NCBI GenBank assembly: GCA_036676395.1
Contig: JAKFCY010000002.1
Location: 2,432,001-2,496,000, forward strand
Reading direction: 5' to 3'
DNA from: Bdellovibrio sp.
GTDB lineage: Bacteria > Bdellovibrionota > Bdellovibrionia > Bdellovibrionales > Bdellovibrionaceae
DNA: 64,000 nucleotides
Part shown: positions 48,620 to 58,283 of the stretch, one piece after another
Position numbering within the stretch: position 1 is the first letter of the stretch
How the letters are laid out: each line of letters opens with the position of its first letter
Translations under genes and position numbers: made by a program
The notes under the pieces: generated by a model
Database searches by the model: none
The model's input: only the letters and a program-made list of their open reading frames with translations
Told to the model about the DNA's origin: nothing

Positions 48620-49960
48620 TTATAGAATATTTGCCGCTAATTCGGCAAGTGCTGATCTTTCACCTTTAGTCAGCGTGACATGGGCCGCAATAGTTTGGCC
48701 TTTGAAACGCTCTACCGCATGGGTTAAGCCAGAATTTGCTGAATCTACGTACGGATTATCGATTTGATAAACGTCACCCGTTAAAATCACCTTAGTACCG
48801 CTACCAGCACGGGTAATAATCGTTTTAATCTCGTGCGGAGTTAAATTCTGCGCCTCATCCACGATTAAGTATTGCTTAGGAATACTGCGACCACGGATAT
48901 ACGTTAAAGGCTCAATATTTAACATGCCTTGATTGATAAGCTCTTGAGCGCGGCCAGCTGCTTTTTTATCAGCACCCATTAAGAACTCAACATTATCAAA
49001 AATTGGCTGCATCCACGGATTTAATTTCTGCTCAATATCACCTGGTAAATAACCGATATCACGGCCCATCGGAAAAATCGGGCGCGAAACTAATAGTCTT
49101 TGAAAACGGCCTTCATCAAGAGTTTTAAATAAACCCGCTGCGATCGCCAGTAATGTTTTACCAGTTCCCGCTTTACCTACTAAAGAAACCATCATGATTT
49201 CATCGTTTAATAAGGCATCTAGGGCAAAAGATTGCTCAACATTGCGTGCATGGATTCCCCAGATGCTGTCTGGTGGGTTAATCAATGGCACAACTGCTTT
49301 TTCTACTCCAGAAAAACGGCCGATCGCCGAATGATTTGGATTTGAAGCATCTTTTAAAATTACGTATTGGTTAATATATAATTTGTGATCAACAACTAAT
49401 TTTTTATCGCGGTAAAAAGTATCGATAGCATCAGGCTTAACTTCAATTTCAAGGTAACCTTCGTAAAGATCGCCCTGAGTAATATCTGAATTATCGTAAT
49501 CTTTTGCATTCACACCGTAAACATCAGCTTTAATACGTAAATTGATATCTTTAGAAATCAATTCAACTTTGTGGCGAGGAAACTGTTTTTGTAAAGCCAG
49601 CGCCGTACTTAAGATACGGTTATCTGCTTTGTTTTGGTCTAATTCAGAAGGAACACCGGCCAAAAACATATCTGTCGTGATGTAGACAATAGTTTCGTGG
49701 TTATCGATTTGTACACCTTGAGCTAAACTTCCTTTTGATCTTAGAACGTCAACGAAACGGCTGAACTGACGCGCATTGCGCCCGTTTTCACCTTGGTCAC
49801 GTTTAAATTTATCGATTTCTTCGATCACCGCAAACGGAATATGTAAATCAGCATCGCCAAATTTCAACAACGCAAAAGCGTCGAATAAAATAACGTTGGT
49901 ATCCAGAACAATTTTACGACGTTTAGGTTTTGCTTCTTTAGGTGTAGGATTAGAACTCAA
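48620..49960 (-). CDS. phoH: PIN-PhoH protein (PhoH2 type)
   Basis: PIN motifs VLDTNV and ADNRIL, SKDINLR; GKAGTGKT, YIRGRS, DEAQNLT, GDVYQID. Confidence 0.93.
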   Translation of the reverse strand: MSSNPTPKEAKPKRRKIVLDTNVILFDAFALLKFGDADLHIPFAVIEEIDKFKRDQGENGRNARQFSRFVDVLRSKGSLAQGVQIDNHETIVYITTDMFLAGVPSELDQNKADNRILSTALALQKQFPRHKVELISKDINLRIKADVYGVNAKDYDNSDITQGDLYEGYLEIEVKPDAIDTFYRDKKLVVDHKLYINQYVILKDASNPNHSAIGRFSGVEKAVVPLINPPDSIWGIHARNVEQSFALDALLNDEIMMVSLVGKAGTGKTLLAIAAGLFKTLDEGRFQRLLVSRPIFPMGRDIGYLPGDIEQKLNPWMQPIFDNVEFLMGADKKAAGRAQELINQGMLNIEPLTYIRGRSIPKQYLIVDEAQNLTPHEIKTIITRAGSGTKVILTGDVYQIDNPYVDSANSGLTHAVERFKGQTIAAHVTLTKGERSALAELAANIL

Positions 49961-50067
49961 TTAGACCTCCGTTAAAGGATTGATGTGCGGCGCGTATAGC
50001 ACCTATGTAAATTGCACATCAAACCCTAACGAGAGTCAAAAGAGATTCAAAAATTTATTTTTATTTT

Positions 50068-50604
50068 TTATGCGATGGTTGGCCCTGCGACCATATCACC
50101 TTCATCAATTTGTAATCCTTCATTCAGAGAAATGATGAAATTTACGAAATGCTGAAGCGCAACATCTGAGGCAGAGCCCTTCATGTATTCAACACCGTGA
50201 CGAACGATTTCTTCGCTGTCATCGACAGTTGTGTGTTTCACTTTTACGTGAAGAGGAAAATAAGTTTTAGAATTTAAATAAACACGTAAAGCAATTTCTT
50301 CACCTACAGAGAATGAGCCCATGTGCTTTTCTAGCGAGAAAGATAAACCATCACCAGAAATGTCATACATCGAAACTTTGTATAAACCCTTTTCAGGCAA
50401 AACAAGCATGCCACTAATTAAGTCAGAAAGAATAGTTCTCTCAACTTGGCGACGTTCTTTTAAAAGAATCGGCTGAAACTTGCCTTTAAGCTCCTGCATA
50501 TTAAGCAAATTCTGATCAGCTGAGCCACCCGTTTGAATTGGATTAGTATTTACAGTTTTCAGACGTGATGTAATATCGATCACTTTTGACACTTCTTTTG
50601 CCAT
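50068..50604 (-). CDS. PilZ-domain protein
   Basis: ERRQVER (RxxxR) and DISGDG (DxSxxG); ATG 50604 follows GGGGGA and lies downstream of the sigma28-like site. Confidence 0.85.
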   Translation of the reverse strand: MAKEVSKVIDITSRLKTVNTNPIQTGGSADQNLLNMQELKGKFQPILLKERRQVERTILSDLISGMLVLPEKGLYKVSMYDISGDGLSFSLEKHMGSFSVGEEIALRVYLNSKTYFPLHVKVKHTTVDDSEEIVRHGVEYMKGSASDVALQHFVNFIISLNEGLQIDEGDMVAGPTIA

Positions 50605-50630
50605 TGGTATCCCCCATATATGCAGAATAC

Positions 50631-50658
50631 CTATCGGCAAAAAATTGTCTTAACTTGA
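50631..50658 (-). promoter_or_regulatory. sigma28-like promoter
   Basis: TCAA-N16-GCCGATAG. Confidence 0.7.
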
Positions 50659-50687
50659 GATCCAGAAATGATACAGTTTAAAGCATT

Positions 50688-51491
50688 ATGTTGCGTTTAG
50701 CATCGCTTCTGGCGATCAGTCTCTTTATACACTTTCTCATGTACGAAGGCGTTTGGCTTCTGCCCGCGACACCTAGACTTTCGACGAGTGAAACAGAGAT
50801 CGAAATCATTGAAGAGAAAACTGCCGATCAGCGCGAAAAAGAATTCGATAAACCCGTCGTTAAAAATTCAAACGCGCCTGAACCCAAAGACATGTCAGAC
50901 CCGGCGCAGTTTATGGCTGAAAAAAATCAGCGTTTTGATAAACAAACTCGCGCGACAAAACTCGGTGCTTTTGAAAATCGCCAACCTTCACAAGGTGCTC
51001 CCAAACAAAAAACTCCAGCCAGTCAAGATGACGGAGACGTACCTGAATTTGCCAGAGAGATGCAGCAGCAGATGGCGCGCGTGCAAGAATCAACGGTTCC
51101 CTATGAATTACCCCGAGAAATTCAAAGCGGCTCGGCAACAAACTTAAATGCCGATGCTCATGTTTACGCTTCGTTTTACAATCGTATTTTAAATTTATTT
51201 TACGTGCGCTGGAGCGAGCGATTAAATGCTTTATTTGAACGTATGCCGACTGATGTTTACAAAACTTTGGCCGGTAAAAGTTGGATCACTGAAGTTGAAA
51301 TCTGGCTGAATGCCGATGGTCTGTATCAAGAAGGTTTAATTATGACCAGTTCTGGGTTTAAACCTTTCGATGACGCAGGAATATATGCGTTTAAGAGTGC
51401 AAAGTTCTTCCCGAACCCACCACGAGCTAAAGTCCAGGCCGACGGCGGTCGCGTTCGTCTTAGGTACAGAATTCGCGTCAACGTCTACTAA
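50688..51491 (+). CDS. TonB-like energy transducer
   Basis: TM with SLFIH (SxxxH), charged linker, SSGFKPFDDAGI...FPNPP. Confidence 0.8.
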   Translation: MLRLASLLAISLFIHFLMYEGVWLLPATPRLSTSETEIEIIEEKTADQREKEFDKPVVKNSNAPEPKDMSDPAQFMAEKNQRFDKQTRATKLGAFENRQPSQGAPKQKTPASQDDGDVPEFAREMQQQMARVQESTVPYELPREIQSGSATNLNADAHVYASFYNRILNLFYVRWSERLNALFERMPTDVYKTLAGKSWITEVEIWLNADGLYQEGLIMTSSGFKPFDDAGIYAFKSAKFFPNPPRAKVQADGGRVRLRYRIRVNVY

Positions 51492-51531
51492 GGCTCAAGC
51501 CTCTCCTCTAATTTTGAGTTAAAATATTAGA

Positions 51532-52086
51532 ATGAAAATAGCATTATTCCTGACTCTTATTTTTGCCCATATGACAGCTCATGCCCTGACCACAGAAATC
51601 GGCTTAAGCTACAGTTTTTCAAAGAAAAATTTCAACGCCACTAATTACTATCAATCTGAATCTAAATCGGCGTCGTTATCTTTTTATATGTTTGAAAAAA
51701 TTGCTCTCGAATTAAGTTACACCGAATCGTTTTATGAAAATCAGGAAAACGACACGACTTCAGCGCGTGTGATTCAACAGACTTCAACGATTGCAGGTAC
51801 GGATTTAATTTTTATTCTTACAGACCAGCGCAGTGACTTTCAGCCCTATATTAAAGGTGGCGCCGCTTATATCCACAAAAAAGCTGTGATCAAGTACGCC
51901 AATGCCAATGCCTACGAAATTCCGACCAAAGATGGCGTGGCTCCTAGTTACGGTATCGGTTTAAAATATAAATTAACCGAACGTTTTTCAGTACGTGTGG
52001 GTTACGACATCTGGAAAACACCTATGGATGATGGTACAAAAACTGATGATACGGCTTTTAAAGCTGGGCTTAACTGGTTTTTATAA
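51532..52086 (+). CDS. Small outer-membrane beta-barrel protein
   Basis: Signal peptide, QPYIKGGAAY, YGIGLKYKL, terminal NWFL. Confidence 0.8.
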   Translation: MKIALFLTLIFAHMTAHALTTEIGLSYSFSKKNFNATNYYQSESKSASLSFYMFEKIALELSYTESFYENQENDTTSARVIQQTSTIAGTDLIFILTDQRSDFQPYIKGGAAYIHKKAVIKYANANAYEIPTKDGVAPSYGIGLKYKLTERFSVRVGYDIWKTPMDDGTKTDDTAFKAGLNWFL

Positions 52087-53123
52087 TGCGATCTGTATTA
52101 GGTTTCACCGCCCTGACTTTACTCTTATCAAGTTGCCAGCTGGGCTATTATTTTAAATCTGCTAAAAATCAAATTTCGATGATGGCCAGCCGCGAAGATG
52201 TCGAAAAAGTTTTACAGAAATCTGATTTAACAGAAGCCCAAAAAAGAAAACTGGCACTGAGCCAGCAAGCGCGTGAATTTGCCTTTAACGAATTGCATTT
52301 AAAAAAAACTAAAAACTACGAAACCTATATAGATCTAAAACGCCCCTATGTAACCTGGGTCGTAAATGCTGCCTACAAATGGGAGTTGAAAAACTTTGAA
52401 TGGTCATATCCTATTGTTGGAAAAATGCCCTATAAAGGATTTTTCAGCGAACAAGAAGCTTTGGATGAAGCTGCTGAATTAAAAAAAGAAGGTTTTGATA
52501 CTTTCGTGCGCGGTGTATCTGCCTATTCAACCCTGGGCTGGTTTAAAGATTCTGTCTTATCATCAATGCTTCGTTATAAAGATCACGATCTTGTAAACAC
52601 CATTATCCACGAAATCGTCCACACGACGGCTTACATTAAGAACAATGCAGATTTCAACGAGCGCATGGCCGTCTTTATCGGCAACAAGGGCACTGAAATG
52701 TTTTACAAAAAACTTGAAGGTGCCGATTCTGCGACTGTAAAAGTGATTAGCGCTGAAAATGCCGATGATAAATTATTTTCTGCATTTATTTCTGCACAAA
52801 TCAAAAATTTAGAATCTTGGTATAAATCAAATTCAGAACAAAATGAAAAAATTCGCCAGGAACAATTTCAAAAAATAAAAGATGCGTTTACTCGCGAGCT
52901 TAGCGGTAAGTTAAAAACAACTTCGCATGAGAATTTCATCAAAAAAGATATCAATAATGCCACATTGGGACTACTGCGTACCTATATGGAAGACTTAAAT
53001 GACTTTGAAATCTTGTATAACAAGTGCGACCAGAACATGGATTTGTTTATTGAAAAAATTAAGACTCTTGAACAATCTGAAGATCCGGTCGCAGACCTAA
53101 AAAAATTATCTGTCTCACTATAA
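52086..53123 (+). CDS. Putative zinc aminopeptidase lipoprotein
   Basis: LSSC lipobox, PYKGFF, AYSTLGWFKD, IIHEIVH, FNERMA. Confidence 0.88.
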   Translation: MRSVLGFTALTLLLSSCQLGYYFKSAKNQISMMASREDVEKVLQKSDLTEAQKRKLALSQQAREFAFNELHLKKTKNYETYIDLKRPYVTWVVNAAYKWELKNFEWSYPIVGKMPYKGFFSEQEALDEAAELKKEGFDTFVRGVSAYSTLGWFKDSVLSSMLRYKDHDLVNTIIHEIVHTTAYIKNNADFNERMAVFIGNKGTEMFYKKLEGADSATVKVISAENADDKLFSAFISAQIKNLESWYKSNSEQNEKIRQEQFQKIKDAFTRELSGKLKTTSHENFIKKDINNATLGLLRTYMEDLNDFEILYNKCDQNMDLFIEKIKTLEQSEDPVADLKKLSVSL

Positions 53124-53201
53124 GACCCAGCACAAATAACTAGACCTTTTTCTGCGTCATTTTCCTTTGAAAACACAATTCATGTTTCCGAATAGAAACA
53201 T

Positions 53202-55712
53202 ATGAAATCTGTGTCTTTAAGTTTACTTATTTTAATCGCCTTTTCTTACTCGCTCGGAATCTTTGATTTTTCACGAACACCCGTGCAGGGAAGTTATGAG
53301 TTAGCTTCGAATGCAGATGCAAACTTGAGCGAAAAAGAAATTTATTACAAACACGTGATTCAACCCATCTTAAATAATCGCTGCGCGGTTTGCCATTCGT
53401 GCAACAATGCTGCCTGTCAGCTAAACTTAACTTCATATGAAGGATTTTTACGCGGAGCTAACAAACATCATGTTTATCAGTTTGAAGAAAAAGCTGCGCC
53501 ATTAACCCGCTTGGGAATCGATGCTAAAGATTTATATTCATGGCGAGATAAAAAGTTTTTTCCGGTATATGATGCAAAAAATCCAGAAGCTTCTTTAATC
53601 ACATCGATGATTAACATGAAAACAAACTCTGACCTTCTGCCTGATGAAATGCCTGAAGAAGCCAGAAGCTGCCCATCGAATCAAAAAGAATTACAGGTTT
53701 ATTTAAAAGAAAAACCAAATGCCGGTATGCCCTTTGGTTTACCGATGTTAGATAAATATGAAAAAGACAAATTAAGCAGTTGGTTATCACAAGGCGCCCA
53801 AGGCCCGGCTTGGGAAAAAATCCAGCAGGCCAAAATTCCAAGCGGCAATAGACTTTATCTTATTCGCAACTGGGAAAAATTCTTAAATGCCCAGAATCTG
53901 AAGCAAAAATTAGTTTCTAGATATATCTATGAACATTGGTTTTTAGCCCATCTGTATTTTACTGAAGAACCGACTCAATTCTATTCATTGGTTAGATCTA
54001 AATCAGAATGTTCGCGCGGTGTTGATGTGATTTCAACGCGTAGACCAAATGATGACCCCGGAGCCAGGTTTTACTATTGTTTTCAAAAAGTTACGGCTCA
54101 GATTGTTAATAAAACGCATTTACCGTTAGAAATTTCTACCGAAAAACTAAATCGTTTTAAAAATTTGTTTTATATGACTGAGTGGCAAGTTAAAGCCCTG
54201 CCTGACTACAGTGAAAAACTATCTGCCAATCCATTTATTGTTTTTCACGATATACCCGCGAAAGCACGCTATCGCTTTTTATTAGAAGATGCTCAGTACC
54301 ACATTAATACTTTTATTCGCGGGCCAGTGTGTTTTGGCAATAATGCTTTAAATTCAATTGATGAACAATTTTTTACTTTATTTTTAAATCCTGAAAGCGA
54401 TTTTGCTTCACGTGATGCCAATTTTGAAACCGAAGTATCACCCAATTTATTTTTACCATCGTATTACAACGGCAGCGATGCAAAAATGGGAAGCATCTTA
54501 GGAACTTACGGCGACATGGTCGATAAGCGTGAAGACTACCGAAAAATTATTGCAAAAAAATATAAAAAAGATTTTCCACAAGGTTATGGTATCAATGATC
54601 TATGGAATGGCGATGGTCATAACGACAACGCGGCTTTAACGATCTTTCGTCACAAAGACAGTGCTACGGTATTAAAAGGCTTTCGCGGCGATTTATCTAA
54701 AACCGTGTATGTTTTAGATTACCCGCTTTTTGAGCGCCTGGTTTACAACTTAGTCGTTAATTATGATGTCTATGGCAACTTAACCCATCAGGCGATCAGC
54801 CGAATCTATATGGATTTTATCCGCATGGAAGCTGAAGAAAACTATTTACTTTTTATGCCTCCAGGAAAAGAACATCGCAAACAAATTCGTAAATATTGGT
54901 ATCGCGGTGTATTTGCGCATTTGAAAATGAAGTTCTGGTACAAACATCATAATATCGATGCGCCCACACAAATGAAATACAATAACCCTTACCGTGCGCA
55001 GACTGAATTTGTCGAACAAGTAGCTTTTAATTACATGAGCCCACAAGTGCGCGGTCCAGTAGATTTAATCAACTGGAAGCGGATTATTCCGACTATGACC
55101 AATGTGCAATGGCAACAAAGCCAGTTAAGTAAAGCTGAACTTAATTATGCCCATCAATTTAAACGTATCGCTTCGGTTAAGGCGCAAGAAAAGCCATTTC
55201 CTGTGTTCTTTCCCGATCTGGCATTCGTGTTAGTGCAAGCCCCGCTCAATCAAAGTAAAGCTTTTACAATCGTGCATCATCGCGAACACTACAGTTTAGC
55301 GTTTATCACGAATGAAGACGGAAGACGCGATCCAGAAATTGATTCGTTAAGTATATTTCCGGGGTATGTGGGTTCTTTTCCGAATCTTTTCTTCTCGGTG
55401 CAAGAAAATGAATTAAGTGATTTTGTAACGGCGATTGAAAATATTCGCACGCAAGCTGATTATGAAAAGCTTAAACAACGCTGGGCTATTTCACGAACAA
55501 ATAAAGATTTCTGGCGATTTTCAGATTGGTTTTATTACAACGCTCAAGTTGTTAATCCTTCAGATGCTGGATTATTTGATCTTACAAGATATGATAATAA
55601 TGTTCCTGAACGCAAAGTGAACAGATACATCAAAGAAATTACTGAAGACGCGGTGAATGAAGATGACGAAGATCGTGATTACCGTTATCAATCCAGCCGT
55701 CGCGGGAAGTAA
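53202..55712 (+). CDS. cti: Fatty acid cis/trans isomerase (haem c)
   Basis: RCAVCHSC haem motif, YIYEHWFLAH, FIRGPVC, IFRHKDSA, YPLFERLVY, GLFDLTRY. Confidence 0.9.
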   Translation: MKSVSLSLLILIAFSYSLGIFDFSRTPVQGSYELASNADANLSEKEIYYKHVIQPILNNRCAVCHSCNNAACQLNLTSYEGFLRGANKHHVYQFEEKAAPLTRLGIDAKDLYSWRDKKFFPVYDAKNPEASLITSMINMKTNSDLLPDEMPEEARSCPSNQKELQVYLKEKPNAGMPFGLPMLDKYEKDKLSSWLSQGAQGPAWEKIQQAKIPSGNRLYLIRNWEKFLNAQNLKQKLVSRYIYEHWFLAHLYFTEEPTQFYSLVRSKSECSRGVDVISTRRPNDDPGARFYYCFQKVTAQIVNKTHLPLEISTEKLNRFKNLFYMTEWQVKALPDYSEKLSANPFIVFHDIPAKARYRFLLEDAQYHINTFIRGPVCFGNNALNSIDEQFFTLFLNPESDFASRDANFETEVSPNLFLPSYYNGSDAKMGSILGTYGDMVDKREDYRKIIAKKYKKDFPQGYGINDLWNGDGHNDNAALTIFRHKDSATVLKGFRGDLSKTVYVLDYPLFERLVYNLVVNYDVYGNLTHQAISRIYMDFIRMEAEENYLLFMPPGKEHRKQIRKYWYRGVFAHLKMKFWYKHHNIDAPTQMKYNNPYRAQTEFVEQVAFNYMSPQVRGPVDLINWKRIIPTMTNVQWQQSQLSKAELNYAHQFKRIASVKAQEKPFPVFFPDLAFVLVQAPLNQSKAFTIVHHREHYSLAFITNEDGRRDPEIDSLSIFPGYVGSFPNLFFSVQENELSDFVTAIENIRTQADYEKLKQRWAISRTNKDFWRFSDWFYYNAQVVNPSDAGLFDLTRYDNNVPERKVNRYIKEITEDAVNEDDEDRDYRYQSSRRGK

Positions 55713-56204
55713 TTACTTTTCTTCGATAATTTGCGGTGGTGGAAGCTTAGCAGGTTTTGCTTTAGACTCTTCACCTAAAACCAGAGATTTAAGCTTAAGA
55801 TTGATGTCTTGCTTGATCGCCAGGTAATCCAAAAACTTTTTATCGCCCAAAAGGGCTTTCATTTTATCAAGCTCTTGCAAGCTTAAATCATTATAAGCGA
55901 TCAGGGTCTTTTTATAATTTTTGATAATATTAGAAGCCTGGCTTTGCGGTAACTGAGGATTTTCTTTACTTTGAAATGACAGCTTTTGCAATTGGGTCGC
56001 AAATTGCAGTTTTTGCTTATTGAGATCGCGATGAATATCAGCGAACTTTTTTTCTTCAGCGGCAGAGAGCTTTAACTCATCACTGACTTTCCAGATAAAA
56101 ATGTCTTCAACTGAGTTTTTCTTTACGGTCGGTGCTGCTGCACTCTGAGCTGCCACCGGCAGACAAAAAAGAATGGGAATAAGAAGAATTGTGAAAAAAG
56201 ACAT
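55713..56204 (-). CDS. Periplasmic helical protein (Spy/CpxP-like) of the ECF cluster
   Basis: Signal peptide, ELKLSAAEEKKF; third gene of the sigma/anti-sigma unit. Confidence 0.55.
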   Translation of the reverse strand: MSFFTILLIPILFCLPVAAQSAAAPTVKKNSVEDIFIWKVSDELKLSAAEEKKFADIHRDLNKQKLQFATQLQKLSFQSKENPQLPQSQASNIIKNYKKTLIAYNDLSLQELDKMKALLGDKKFLDYLAIKQDINLKLKSLVLGEESKAKPAKLPPPQIIEEK

Positions 56205-56289
56205 TAAGAAATTATGTCTATATTTGGGTAACTAAACAAATGAATTTGGACATCCGTTTCCAAGATTCATCTTATCTGTGTGTTCTAGA

Positions 56290-56778
56290 TTAAAGTTGTA
56301 AGTCCGCTCCTTGGCTTGCACTTAATCTTTCATTCATAACATCTGCGTAAAAATCAGAGTCATTTTGTACTGAGGCCGCCATTTCTACCCAGTCCTGTGG
56401 GTTTTCTAATGCTTGCTCGATAATGATCTGCCTGTTTGAGGCGATCTGATTTTGTGAACTCATATCAAATAATTTAAGACTCATTGTAGCCAGACCTAAG
56501 CCTAAGGTTAAGCTGACACCAACTAATCCCATTTTCACGACGTGAAGGGTGCGCACATTATTCGACGGTCGATAATAATGCGCCTGACGTTCTAAGAATT
56601 CCCACGACTTTGATAGCCGGCTTGTAGCTGGCTTGATTTCTGTTTTTGCGACATCTGCCATGATTTTGTCATGAAGTTTGTCAAAAAACATATCGTCCAT
56701 GGGAAGTTCAATCGGATCTTCCCGTCTTAATTGTTCTCTCAATCCCTGATTCGGTTTCATGTTATTCTGCCTCCGCAT
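56290..56778 (-). CDS. Putative anti-sigma factor
   Basis: FFDKLHDKIM motif, single TM, directly downstream of and overlapping the ECF sigma gene. Confidence 0.65.
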   Translation of the reverse strand: MRRQNNMKPNQGLREQLRREDPIELPMDDMFFDKLHDKIMADVAKTEIKPATSRLSKSWEFLERQAHYYRPSNNVRTLHVVKMGLVGVSLTLGLGLATMSLKLFDMSSQNQIASNRQIIIEQALENPQDWVEMAASVQNDSDFYADVMNERLSASQGADLQL

Positions 56779-57385
56779 ATTTAGTATTTAGTTCTGTGAA
56801 GAATCCACCAATCTCGTTTGTCCAAGATTTTAATTCTGCACGATCTTCAAAAACTTCTTTTAACTTCAATAGTGCATGTCTGTAATTCGCCTTGGCCGTG
56901 TCGTACGGACACTCCATAACTTCAGCGATTTCAGAAAAGCTCATATCTTCGTACACGCGTAACACCAGAGCTGTTTTTTGTTTGAAAGGAAGCTTCTCAA
57001 CTTCTGCATTCAGAATTTCGCCGACCGCTCTGTGAACAAGTGATTTTTCAGCTTGAGCATCTACGCCCAGTTGAACATCTTCAATGTCAGAGTAGTCATA
57101 ACGATCTTCACGCAGTTTATTGCGAGCTGTATTGACTGTAATTTGATACAACCAACTTTTGAAAGACGAGCGCCCTTCAAAAGAATTTAGTTTCTCAAAA
57201 GTCTTAATAAAAGACTCCTGCACCACGTCTTGTGCAATATCTAGGTCCTTCACAAATCTCATACTTAACCGTAGCAATCCTTTTTGATGTCGTTTCACAA
57301 GTTCTGAGAATGATGACCGCTGACCGTTGCGGACTTCATCGACTAACTGTAGATCAGTCTTCTCCACTTGAATCATAAGACACAC
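56762..57385 (-). CDS. ECF (RpoE-type) RNA polymerase sigma factor
   Basis: AQDVVQESF, FEGRSSFKSWLYQI, LP...LR..EDMSFSEIAEVM. Confidence 0.95.
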   Translation of the reverse strand: MCLMIQVEKTDLQLVDEVRNGQRSSFSELVKRHQKGLLRLSMRFVKDLDIAQDVVQESFIKTFEKLNSFEGRSSFKSWLYQITVNTARNKLREDRYDYSDIEDVQLGVDAQAEKSLVHRAVGEILNAEVEKLPFKQKTALVLRVYEDMSFSEIAEVMECPYDTAKANYRHALLKLKEVFEDRAELKSWTNEIGGFFTELNTKYAEAE

Positions 57386-57495
57386 CCCTGTCCAACTTCG
57401 GTTAGTAAAACTTATGATCGCTTACTAACCTTTTTTCATGCTGCCCCCTCCAAGAACCTATTTTCTTAGATCTCAGCATGCTTGCTAAATATTAG

Positions 57496-57511
57496 AGCAA
57501 AGGATGGGCCA
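57496..57511 (-). promoter_or_regulatory. sigma54 promoter of the ECF operon
   Basis: TGGC-N7-TTGCT on the minus strand. Confidence 0.7.
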
Positions 57512-57598
57512 ATCCGAAAGAGTCAAAATGGCCTAACATATTGAATTAATTAATCTTTTCGAGGTTTAGTAATACTATGTATAAGAGAAAGTTATGAG

Positions 57599-58282
57599 CT
57601 AACGACGCTGTTTGCGATTAGCTTGGACAATTAAACGACTTAGATCTTCGCACACATTTAAAATGCGGCTCTTTTTGATTTCAGTCAGATTTACGAATTC
57701 TAAGCCAAGCTCTGGATTTTCTTTGGGTTTACGGCTAACAAAGCGAATTACGCAGCCAACTAAGAACACGGCGCGCTTGCCAACCTTAACAGACAAAATA
57801 ACACCACTGCCTTTTTGGAACAGGACCAAATCGGCCATCACGATCATTTTTGCGCCTGACTCAGAAAAGTTCGATAATTTGGCTTCTACGCGGGCATTCT
57901 TATTTAAAGAGGTAATCACATACACTTCATGCGAAAAATCATCTGTTACTTCAAAGCGCACATGACGGCGACGGCGAAGCTCAAGCATCTCCATATTGGT
58001 TTGCACATAAAAGCCTTTACCATCCATCAAAACCTTAGCTTTAAAAAAGAAAACACGCGTGCCAATACGAAAACTAAAAGCGCACATGCGATCTTTTAAT
58101 TCGTAGACTTCGAGCGGAAGAATATAAAGTTTACCGAATTTTTCAACCTCAGAAGAAGTTAAATTCACACGAATAACATCGTTCACTTTTCCATCAATGG
58201 TAATTTGGCATTTATCGAATATATTTTTTCTAAAAATAGATTCGACTTCTGATTTAGGTAACTTTTCAAAAAAGTTTTGCAT
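57599..58282 (-). CDS. PilZ-domain protein
   Basis: RRRHVRF and NFSESG; immediately downstream of the diguanylate cyclase. Confidence 0.8.
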   Translation of the reverse strand: MQNFFEKLPKSEVESIFRKNIFDKCQITIDGKVNDVIRVNLTSSEVEKFGKLYILPLEVYELKDRMCAFSFRIGTRVFFFKAKVLMDGKGFYVQTNMEMLELRRRRHVRFEVTDDFSHEVYVITSLNKNARVEAKLSNFSESGAKMIVMADLVLFQKGSGVILSVKVGKRAVFLVGCVIRFVSRKPKENPELGLEFVNLTEIKKSRILNVCEDLSRLIVQANRKQRR

Positions 58283-58283
58283 A

